NCBI GenBank assembly: GCA_004431415.1
Contig: QPMI01000676.1
Coordinates: 1-24,044, forward strand
Reading direction: 5' to 3'
DNA from: Cyanophora paradoxa CCMP329
Taxonomy: Eukaryota; Plantae; Glaucophyta
Length of the DNA: 24,044 bases
Shown here: piece by piece, positions 1 to 10,200 of the stretch
How the letters are laid out: the number at the start of each line of letters is the position of its first letter
Numbering within the stretch: position 1 is the stretch's first letter
Program-made: the position numbers and the translations under genes
Notes under the pieces: generated by a model
Told to the model about the DNA's origin: nothing
Databases searched by the model: none
The model's input: the letters and a program-made list of their open reading frames with translations, nothing else

Positions 1-261
1 TGTCTAATCGTGCGCGCGAGAAGCCCGTGCGGAGTGCAAGCTCGGCAGGGCGGGGTTTGGCGAGTGCTGCTGCTGTTAGCCACGTGATGGTAGACTGAGG
101 GTGTACCCGTCAACTACGGCGTACCCCGACACACGCATACAAATGACCGCGGCGCTTCTAACTAGCCTAGGCGCCGTCGGCCTAGCAGCACGAAGGCTGC
201 ATACATCATCTAGAGCCTAGCGGCTCACAATCGAGCATCCACTGTAAAGTCGGATGCGACA
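1..261 (-). repeat. 3' LTR (truncated by window start)
   Basis: Matches 16455-16727 with no substitutions seen by eye, only four 1-bp indels and one 10-bp indel. Ends ...GGATGCGACA at 261, next to the PPT. Confidence 0.95.
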
Positions 262-273
262 ACTCCTCCTCTC
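262..273 (-). promoter_or_regulatory. Polypurine tract (plus-strand primer)
   Basis: Minus strand reads GAGAGGAGGAGT immediately before the 3' LTR start TGTCGC. Confidence 0.88.
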
Positions 274-400
274 GGATCCCGCGTCGCGCGGGTCTACGCC
301 CGAAGGCGAACAGAGAGAGGGCCGGGGAAGCCAGGAATTTGATCGAGCCTGAGCTCTCTATACAACGCGACCCCGGCCGCTATACACAAACGCTCGAGCT

Positions 401-520
401 ACCGGCTACTGCCGGGAATCGAAAAAAGGCTCCGAGCCACCACGGTCGGCGTCACCGGCTACTGCGGGAATCGAAAAGACGCCGAGCCCGTCTACGTCCG
501 GCGACTGCCGGAATCGAAAA
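401..520. repeat. Three ~23-27-bp direct repeats with unique 20-26-bp spacers in the element 3' UTR
   Basis: ACCGGCTACTGCCGGGAATCGAAAAAA (401-427), ACCGGCTACTGCGGGAATCGAAAA (454-477), CCGGCGACTGCCGGAATCGAAAA (498-520). Confidence 0.9.
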
Positions 521-1257
521 GGCTGTCGCCCGGCGGGTGCCGGTACGACTCCAGCGTGTAGTGCCCAGGGGGCAAGGTCAACTTCGGGCCGGCGGCCCAG
601 GCAAACCCGCACGAGGCGAGCGGTACGGAGACAGAAGCCGAGGGGGGCCCTGCCCTCATCGCGCAGCACGTTAGCCGCAAGAGCGCACGCTGCAACAGCA
701 ACGCGGGCGTAGCGTCGCGATGGCGCTCGATAGCCCACGCAATATGCCCGTCCCAGCGCTTAGGGATATGCAGCCGTCGTGCGACGCTGCCTAGGCACAA
801 GCCGCGCTCCCACAGCAATTGCACGGCATCGAATCGGGGGACCCCGACGGCGGTGGAGCTAGGGATCTCCAGGGCGAGGCTAGGCGCCGCCCACAGGGCT
901 CAAACCACCGTCACTCGTGACGGCAGGTGCCTGCCCGACCCGTGCATGCACGTCCATTGCGAGGGGGACGTGACCCTCCAGGCGAACGCCACCGAGCGTC
1001 CCGGTGCAGAGCCTGAATGGGGGAATTTTTGCGTCCCCAGTCGTCGTACCCGGAGTGGGATCCGGCGTAACGACCGCCTGCGTGTACCCCCACGGCGCAA
1101 GGCGCGCCCTGGTACACCGCCAGGTCTTACACGGAGGGGGAATGGACATCCCCTGTCGCTGTACCCGAGGCAGAACTCGGCGTCACAGCCGCCTACCGAC
1201 CCTTCTGCAGACGCGAGGCGCGTCCTAGGGCTCGGCTAGGTCTTCGGAGGGCCCCAG

Positions 1258-1392
1258 CCCTGTCACCGTGCCGAGCTGTGCTCAAGGCCACCGGCCGCCC
1301 GCGGCTCATCCAATTTGCCCGGGTCTTTACAAGGGACTCGCACCCTGTCACCGCGCCGAGCTGTGCTCAAGGCTGACGGCCGCCCGCAGCCT
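1258..1392. repeat. ~31-50-bp direct repeat pair downstream of the integrase stop
   Basis: CCCTGTCACCG(T/C)GCCGAGCTGTGCTCAAGGC at 1258-1288 and 1343-1373, each followed by CGGCCGCCCGC. Confidence 0.85.
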
Positions 1393-1557
1393 CTTCTCTC
1401 GGCTCGGGGCTTTCGCGTTGTGCGCGGGGCTCTGAGGCCCGTCGATCCAGCCCGCCTCGGGCGATCTCTTGCTCAGCGCTGCCAAGGGGCTAGCGCAGCC
1501 GCTCTCATGTCCTTGCCCTCGCGTGGGGTCGGGACGCGGCTCGGAGCCGGCTTTCCC

Positions 1558-2930
1558 TTAAGCCGCTCCCGCCGGAGCCGCCGGCGCTGCGGCCGCGGCA
1601 GCCGGCCCACCCGCCGCCTTGGGCCGCCCTCGGGCCGGCCGTGCAGGCGCGTTCGCGTCTCGCACGCGGAACGGGATCATGCAGTCGATATGCACGATCG
1701 TCTCACGGGTGTCGCGCGCCTTCTGGCGGCCGGCGCCCACCGCGCCGTAGGGCCGCGCAAGGCCACGTACGACGTACGTGTACCCGCCCGGGTGCACGCT
1801 CATGACGGTGAAAGGGCCGACCCAGGAGTTGAACAACCCCTTGTCACGGTCGCCCAGCCAGCACAGGACTTTGTCGCCCACGCCGAAGCGGCGGCGGTCC
1901 GGCAGGTCACCCGTCCGGTGCACCATTTGGCGGCGGTACCAGCGGCGGTACTCGCGCACTGCAGCCTCGCGGCTCTTCGCGGAACCGCACTACGATTGAC
2001 ACGTAGTCGGCGTAGCTAAGGGTGTCGAGCATCTCGACCCCGAAGCGCACGTCGCGGGCAGCGTGAGCTCGTGCCCCAGGTGCAGGAGCGCGGGCGAGTA
2101 GCCCGTGGCCGCGTGCACGGTCGTGCGGAGCGCCAGCTGCACCTCGTGCACCGTGCTGGTCCCACTCGTGCATCGGCTCGCGCTCGGCGCGGCACGCCGC
2201 GTGGAGCAGCGTCTTCACGACGCCCCCCAGCCGCCTACCAGCCCATTCGTCGAATGGTGGTACGCAGCGGCGTAAATGAAACGAGTCCCGAGCTTCCGGA
2301 AGTACTCGTTGAACGGGCCGCCCTTCAGGCTGGACCCGTTGTCCATGAGGAGGCGCAGCGGCACGCCCTCATTCGAGACGAAGTCTCGGCCCATTTCGAG
2401 CATGGACAGCCGTCCAGTCGGCTTTCGGTACAGCCGCGTGTACTTGTCCCACGCGTTCACCCAGGCAACAAATACGGTTGCCGCGCGCTCGGGTCAAGGT
2501 GGAACACGTCCACCTGCCACAAGTCATTCCGGCCTCGGCCTGATGACTGCGATCGCGGTTCGCCGCGGCTTCACAGCCTTGGCGAACTGGCAGCAATGGC
2601 AGCTCCGCACGTAGCGAGCGACTGCCGCAAGCATGCCCGCACCAGAACCTCAGCAGATCCGGCGGGCGACGATCGAGGCGCCGCGGTGGCCCACCCATCG
2701 TGGTACGCGTACAGGACGCGGTCCTGCCAGACTCAGGCAGACGGCACGAAGCGCCCGTGGAGCGGCGGGCGGCGGAACGAGCACGCCGTCTGTGTCCACG
2801 TCAAATTTCTGGCGAATTTGACGAAGCCGCCTTGGCCTGACTGCAGAGTAGCAGTCGCCCGTCTGGCAGGAGGCGCGCGTGCAGCGCGCCTCGTTCACGC
2901 CGTTCTCGTGCCAGAGAACAGCTTGCGGCA
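1558..2930 (-). CDS. pol: Integrase: HHCC zinc finger, D,D(35)E core and C-terminal GPY/F module; ORF ends at 1558
   Basis: ARYVRSCHCCQFAK; WQVDVFH; GVPLRLLMDNGS...AAYHHSTNGLV (E-R restored by one base); FGVGDKVL...WVGPFTV...IVHIDCMIPF. No chromodomain seen. Confidence 0.92.
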
Positions 2931-4269
2931 CAGCGAGTCCGCCTTCTGCGCAGCGAGCAGCCGGACTCGCCGCGCGGGAACATGTGGCCAGGGCCTCGGG
3001 CAGGGGCCCGTCAAGGGAAGGCGGCGGCGCGCATCCCAGGTGTCCTGGACCAGCTCCAGCAAGCGCGGCTTGCGCGGTCTCGACCTCGCCCAGCTCAGGG
3101 CCAGGGCGATGGCGCTGGACGAGAGAGCTCCTTCCAGCCCGCGGCTGGCCGCCGCTCGAGCCGGCGTCGCCGCTCGAGGGCGCCTCAGGGCAGCCGGCGG
3201 CTCAGATGAGCCCGCTGTCGCCGCAGTGGTCGACGCAGCCGCGAGGACGACGCCGCCGGGCGCCGCCCTCGGCCCCTCGTCGGGATCGTCCTGACGGGGT
3301 ACAGCGGCGGCCGCAGCGCCAGTGGCGCGGGTTGTCGGCCTGCGGGCGGTCTTGCCCCGGCGCGGGCCTCAGCGGACGCTGGTCGCGCGCAGGGCGCGAC
3401 AGGCCCCTCGTAGCGCCGCGTCCGACGGAGCCGGCGGCGTACGCGATCGAGGAGGGTAACGGGAACCCGTCCTCGTCGAGCTCAAGCTCGACGCCTCGCG
3501 CGGGCCTCAGGCCCGGCACGGCGGCGACCTCGCCATCGGAGCCCAGCTCCATGGGTCGGCCTCGGAGCCGGCGGTGGGCTCGGAGAGCGCGGGCCGGCGC
3601 AGGCCCTGCTCGACAGCGAGCGTGCCACTCGTCAACCTCCTGCCGCATCGCGGCCAGGTGTCGGCTTGCGGCCGCGCCGGTCGGCGGGCCGCCTGCGGCA
3701 GCTGCAGGGCTGCGGGCAGGGGCGCCTCCTGCCCACGGCAGGGCTCGGGGTTCGGGCGGCGCCGGGCCCCTGGGCTCGTCTTCGGCGTCCGCCGGCGCGG
3801 CTCTGGCGCGCGCTCGGAGCGGGAGACGGCTCATCGTCGGAGCCCTCTCGGAAGGCTCAGGCGGCGCGCGCGTCCGGCGTGGACGCGGCCCCTGGGCGGG
3901 CTGACGTCTCGCCTCGCGGCGGGAGCGCCCTCGAAGGCGAGCTGCGCCGGAGACGGCCTTCGCCTCGCGACGAGGATCTCCGCCCGACTCGGCGGGGCCG
4001 CCGGCGTTCGGCCTCGGCGGCCCAGGCGCATGGGCGGGGCCCGGCAGCGCGGCCTCGTCCGGCTATTCAGCCAGCTCGGTCAGGCGGGGCCCGGCGGGGC
4101 TTCCACGGCAACCCGGCTCCGCAGCGCCCTCGGCGCCCAGAGCGACTGCAAACAGCGGCAGCGGCTCATCGAGGTCGCCGGGCTGGCACGCCATGCCCCG
4201 CAGCGCCAGCCAGCGCGTCAGGCGCGGCTGAGCTGCCGTCGGCGCCGCCAGGGGCGAGAACCGGGTGGT

Positions 4270-4640
4270 TCAACGGGGCCGCAGCAGGCGTCGGGCCCTC
4301 CGTTATTGCGCCCCGCGCGGTACTCTACGACGAAGTCGTAGGACTGCAGGAGGAGGACCAGCGTCCAGCTCCCAGAGGTCGCCTCGCGCGAACGCAGCCA
4401 CTGGAGCGCTTGGTGGTCCGTCCGGACCAGGAACTGGGCCCTCCCAAGAGGAAGTGCCGCCAGTATTTTATTGCCCATACAACCGCCAAGCACTCGAGCT
4501 CGTGCGTGTAATTCCGCTCAGCGGGCGCCAGCGTTCGGCTGATGAACGCGATGGCCGCTCACGGCGGGCGAGCCGCCGTCGGACTGCGACAGGATCGCGC
4601 CGATGGCGTACGTCGACGCGTCGGTCGACAGGATGAAGGG
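4270..4640 (-). CDS. pol: RNase H domain (Ty3/Gypsy type)
   Basis: [19 protein letters not shown] (my translation of ~4583-4640); [14 protein letters not shown]...[21 protein letters not shown]. Confidence 0.92.
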
Positions 4641-4689
4641 CCGCTCGAAATCCGGTACCCGAGTACCAGATCTCGAGCAGGGCAGCCTT

Positions 4690-5640
4690 CAGCGCCTCGA
4701 AGCGGCTTGGTGGACCTCGGTCCATTGCCACAGGCGTCCCGAAGCAGCAGGCGCTGCAAAGGGTGGGTGACACGGCAAACCCGTTCACGAACCGCCGGTA
4801 GTACCCGGCCAAGCCAGGAACGACCTCAATTGGTCAGCGTTCGCTGGCGGCGGGTACTGGCGAATGAACGCCAGCTTCGCGGGTCCTGGCGATCCCCTCG
4901 GCCGAGACGAGGTGCCCAGCAGGCAACCTCAGCCACCCGAAGCGGCACTTGGAGGGCTTCAGGCGCAAGTTCGCCGGCATGATTGCGCGGAACAAGGCTC
5001 GAGTCCAGCAGGTGCTGGGGCACGCTCGGCGAGAACACCGTATATCTCGATATAAGCGGTGACGCAAGTCGTGAGCAGGGCCGAGGATGGCAGTCACGGC
5101 GGCGAGAAGCGGCCGGCCCGTTGGTCACACCGAACGGGGTCACGCGCCACTCGTAGTGGCCCCAGGGCACCACGAAGGCCGTGTACTGCCGGGACGCAGG
5201 GTCCAGCGCAGCTGCCAGAAGCCCGCCGTCGCGTCGACGTCGAGAAGATCATGGACCCCCGCAGGCGGTCCAGCTGATCGTCGATCCGCGCAGCGAAAGA
5301 CGTCGCGCTCGGTGATTGCATTTAAGCGTCGGTAATCGACGCAGAACCGCCAGGTGCCGTCCTTCTTAGGAGCGAGCACGACCGGCGAGCCGTAGGCGGC
5401 TTGCGAGGGCTGGATCAAGCCCAGCTCAAGGAGCCGCTTATTTCAGCACGGGCGAAGGCCTCGGCGTGCGGCTTACACGCCGCGGGGCGTGAAGACGGCA
5501 GCCGTGAGGTCAATCGATCACGTGCTCGTAGTGGAGGAGGTTGGCCGTGCCCTCGGTGGCCGTGACCGAGTCGGCAACGCGCACGATAGCGCTTGAGCAG
5601 AGCCTCGAGCTCGGCGCGTTCAGCAGTGCTCATCGCCGGA
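4690..5640 (-). CDS. pol: Reverse transcriptase domain (frameshifted)
   Basis: STAERAELEALLKRY; IQPSQAAYGSPVVLAPKKDGTWRFCVDYRRLNAIT; RIDDQLDRLRGSMIFS; DATAGFWQL; PWGHYEWRVTPFGVTNGPA; LRLKPSKCRFG; AGYYRRFVNGFA. YIDDITVFS is recoverable at ~5030-5055 by restoring two single-base deletions. Confidence 0.95.
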
Positions 5641-6879
5641 TGCGAGCCGCATTCCGGGATTTTAGCACGTGCTCGGTTCCACTCCTCCTCTTCGGAAGAC
5701 GACGTCCCCGTCGTTTCCGGAGGCGCCCGCGGGGGCCGCCATGGGAGGTCCAGGCCTGGCCCGAGGCGGCTCGCAGCGGCGCCTTGCCCTTGTCCTTGCC
5801 GCGCGCGGCAAGAGGACTCGGCTGCAGAAGGCGCGCCCGGCGCGTCCGTGGTACGGACGGAGCAGCCAGGCCGTCCAGCGGCGCTGGTGCCGTCGCGGGC
5901 GGGCAGCAGCTGTGCTCGGCGCAGGCGCCGGCTGCTCGGCTGCGTCGGCAGCGAGATTTATTTGATCCCCGGAGGATTGGTTGGACTACGTTAGCCCCTT
6001 GACGCGCAACGCGCGCCGGCGGGCGCGGCGGCGTGCGGCGCGCTCGGCGCGGCGGGCCGGCCGGTTCGTTCACGCTCCTCTGGGAGGTCCAACCCGGGTA
6101 CCGACGTCGCGCTCGAGCTCCGAGTCGGTGTCGGACGACACCGGCTCATCGTGGAGCGCGAGGCCCTCCATCGTGACGATGGGGACCTCATGGCCCTCGT
6201 CGTCGTCTCGCGCATCATGCGGACAAACAGCGGAGGTGCGCTCGGCGCAGGCTCCTGCCCGTGGCTGCAGTCGCATCGGACTGCCGGGCGCGGGTGCCGC
6301 AAAGATAGGCCCCGGGCAGGGTGCTGGGGCGTCGGCGCGCCCTCAGCTGCCATATAAGCCGCGGCCGTTCGATTGGCCCGGCGACGCATCGAGCGGAAGC
6401 CTGGCCCCGTTTAGGGTAAAAGGCTCGCAGCGTGCGGATGAAAGTATCGCGACTGCGCGCACGGGCGCATCGTCTGGTGGCGGTCATACCCGAAGTCGCC
6501 GGGCGGCAGGTTGTTAGCCTCCGCCACCGCAACAACGGCCCCTGCTGGAGCAGGACGGGCTCATTGGCGGATTTAATAGCCGCACATGCAGGCTGCCGCC
6601 CGCGGCTGGCGCCGGTGCAGCTGGTGGGGCGCGAGTACCCGAGCGCCGACAAGGAGTCGGGCGCCGGCCCGACGGCGAGCGTCGGAGCCTGGTCCGCAGG
6701 CGGCGCAGGGCCGTCAATCACGCAGCGGACCATCCACTCGCGCGCGTCCTTCAGGACGACAGGGCGAAGGACCCGGACAAGGAGAGGCCCCTTCGCTTGT
6801 CCGGGCAGCAAAAAGGGATCACGTGGGGCGGAATTGCGCGTCGCGCGCGTGCAGGCACCAGCCAGAGCTGTGGTGTCTA

Positions 6880-7200
6880 TCCGCCCCTCGACCATCATGA
6901 TCGTGCCGATGCCCACGAGCAGGTCGGCATTGGGGCCCAGGAGCCGTCAGGGACGACGTACACGGCCCGCGAGACGTACACGTCACCGAAGCGCAGCACG
7001 ACGTGCGCGATTTCGGCCGTGATCGTGGCGTGGTGTAGGAAGGCCCGCAGGACCTTCACGCCCGTGTACCGGGTGCCCGGGGGCATGTGGCGCTTCTCGC
7101 CAACTTCGCCCATAGCGCCGGTGTCAAAGAGGATTTGGACACGCGTGCTAGCGCCGAGAGTGCCGTCAGCATTCAGGCGTAGACGAATCCTGGGCACTGC
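6880..7200 (-). CDS. pol: Retropepsin-type aspartic protease domain
   Basis: VQILFDTGAMG (DTG at 7117-7125), followed ~50 aa later by VYVVPDGSW and, after a frameshift, DLLVGIGTI (ILG-equivalent). Confidence 0.88.
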
Positions 7201-7299
7201 AGCTGCAGGCGCCGGAAATCGTGCGGGCGCCCGAGATCCATCGATCACATGCGCAATCGGGATAGGGGCGTTGAGGCTGCCGGCGGCGCGCCTTCGGGG

Positions 7300-10200
7300 A
7301 CTCCGGGACCGCGAGGTCCGACGGGCGGTCCGGGCCGTACCCGGTGAGGTCACCAGGGTCGGCGGCGGGCGTGGGAAGTGCAGCGACGAGCGCTGCGGCT
7401 GTTGCTGGCGTGCAACGCCGCGGACCGACTCTGCGGGGCTGCAGAGGTTTTCCGGTCCGGCCCGTCCGTGAGGGGCTGCGGCTCCCTGGTCGCAGCCGCC
7501 AGGACGCTTTCGGCGATGGACCGCGGCTGCAGTGCAGCGCGCGTCGCGAAGTCGTCCTCGCCGTCATCGTCCCCGTAGACACGGAGGACGGCGCGGGCGC
7601 CAGGACGGCAGCGGCCCTCGCCTGGCGCGCCTGGGCCTGCCCAATCAGCCGGAGCAGCTCGGATTCGATCCGATCGAACTGTTCCAAGCTGGGAACGGCC
7701 GCAGCCCAAATCGTCGCGGCGACGTTGAGGCCGCCCACGAGGCGCCGCTGGCAGCGTCGTGCCCGGAAGATGTGACCGGCGGCGGTCGCAATCTCGTCCA
7801 GGACTTCGGACAGAAGCGGCGGGCTTGCTTCGTTGCCAGCCTCGAGCAGGAGGCGCAAGCGAGCGCGCCAGTTTTTGGCGCTTGTAGTGGGCTGCACCGG
7901 CGCTGTCGCCGGGCGCCGGCGCGCCGGGGCCAGCAGGGCGGTCACGCCCGGCATCGGCGGCCCGTACATCATGCCCGGCGGCCAATAGTAGCCGCCGCCT
8001 CCGGGCATCTGAGGCATCAGGGCCGGTGGCGGCCCGCCCCAGGTGGGCCGCGGCGGCGGCGGCCCATGGGGAATGGCGGTACGCCGCGGCGTCAGCCGGC
8101 GGACACCGTGGGTGCAACGCGAGCCCGCTTGTTGCGGCGCTCGGCTTCGGCTAGGAGGCGGGCGCGCGTCTCCTCCGCGTGGGCGCCGGTGCGGGCGCGT
8201 CCTCGAGCTCGAGGCCGTGCTCACGCGCGACGGCAGCGAACGCTGCGTCATCGAGGCCGGCGAAGTCGTCGGCGTCGCTCGCCGCAGGCGCGGTCGAAGC
8301 GGTCACCGTGACGCGGTTGCCGTGCATCACGCGCCGGTCCCGGTGAGTGCCTTCACGGGCACGGCCACCGCGCGCACGGTCGGCGGGGACCGGGAGGAGG
8401 ACTCGCGCGGCGGGCCGAGCGAGCCTCGCGGCGCTCGGCTTCCGGGTGCTGCCGCTTCGCGCCTTGCGGCGTGCGGACGCACGGCGCCGTCAGGCACCGG
8501 CGAGCGGGAGGCGCGGGGAGCGGGGCTCGGCTCGCGCGACCCGGAGCCCGTTGTGCCCGAGGCAGAGGACGCTTCGTCCTTTGCCTTCTTGGCGTCGAGT
8601 CACCCCGGACCTGGGCCCGCAGGGTCTTCGGGATGACCTCGGGGCGGCGCCCGCTCCAGTGCATGAGGAGGGCAGCCGACATCCGGTAATGGAACGGCGT
8701 GACCGCCATTACCGTGGTGCCCAGGTCGGGCGCATCCGCAGGTGCGGGGAAGGGCGCATCCGGCTTAGCGACCGTGTCGAAAGCCGGCGCCGGCCAAAGT
8801 CGGAGACCAAGAGGCGCGGCGGGCGTGCGCTCGTCATGATGGGCCAGAGGACATCATTGATCTTCTGAACCCAGCTCAGGAGAGCCCGCGAGGTGGCTTC
8901 CTGGCCGTGGAGCATGTGATCCTCGCCAGCATGCGAGAGATGCCGGCGGCCCACGTGTCACGGTCGACGTGACAGAACTCGCGCATGCCGTGCGCGGTGG
9001 TACGGGCGGGCAGGATGCGCTCAAGGAGGCGAACATCCAAGCAGCCGACAGTGTCCTCATGCTTTGCGAGCAGTGCGCGAAGCTGAGTCGTCGCGGGCAA
9101 ACCCCAGATCTGCAGCATCGCGTCTGCGAGCTGCTTCTTCGACGCCGGCGCATTGTCGAGCCACGATGTGGCGACAGCGGTCGGGCGGGAAGGTCTGGCA
9201 TGGAGAACCAGAACAGGGTCGCCAGCGGAAGCTGGGAGGCCAGAACGAGGGCCGCGTACTCGTCGACAATGTCCGTAGGGACTTTGTCTTTGACGGTGTG
9301 GTAGACAGCGTAAAGCTCGTCACCATCGACCGTGCGCATGTGGCTACCGCGCTTGTCAGCGCTCAGAGTATTGCGGTCACCGCGATAGCAGATATCCCGC
9401 AAGAACTCATAGGCCGCGGTCGGCCCCACGACGTGCATCTGCACGTTGTACCCTGCCACCGGCGCCGGGCGCCGGGGCTCAGGCAGCTCGTGGCCGAGGA
9501 TCCAGCCGGCCAAGTGGTTCACATACCCCGCAAGCAGGGATGCGACGAACTCACGAGTCGGCAGCGGTGCCCACGTGGCGCCGTTCTCGGTGACGATGGG
9601 CAGACGAGCGGGTGCATCCGCGTCCCCTTGTGCATCGGGTTCACCGGCGGCCGGCTGGACTCGTACCCCAGCGTAAAGACGCGGGCGGCAAGCGGTCGAG
9701 CTGGCGACGCGCCTCCGCCTCGAGGGGTACTGCATCGCGACGTGGGCGGGCCCAGCGTGACGCGGATGGCGTTCTTCCGGCGGCGTCGCCGAGGACGTCG
9801 AGGGCGTTCGCATCGAGCTCAGCCGCGAAGGCACGCTCGGAGCTTAGGACCGGCTCGCCGGGGACGAGCATGCGCACGCGCGAGTCGGCTTGCGCGACTA
9901 CGCGGATGCCGAACTTGCGGCCGAAGCGCGGGTCCTTGAACGCGACCACGCGACTGCGCGGTGGTGCACGGTTCGGCCCCGCGTGGGGGTTGAACTGGTG
10001 CGGCCGGTGCAGGTACGCGTAGGACATGCGACACGTGTGGTGCATGACCGTGTTCAGCGTGGCGTACGCCTTCGTGATCGGCCCGTCCTCACGGAGCGGG
10101 AGAGCGGGCTCCGAGGAGACCCACTTAGTGATGTGCTCATCGAGCCCCATCATCGCGAGCACGTAGGGCAGGCCCTGGACGTCCGCACCCTCGAGGGTGG

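Noticed and set aside
401-520. CRISPR-like repeat-spacer array
   Set aside because: Only three imperfect repeats with short, self-complementary spacers, inside a eukaryotic retrotransposon UTR with no cas genes. Better explained as PBS-complementary RNA elements.
262-1557. env-like ORF or chromodomain after integrase
   Set aside because: No long ORF with a signal peptide or transmembrane segment, and no chromodomain aromatic-cage motif. The IN tail is Ala/Pro-rich.
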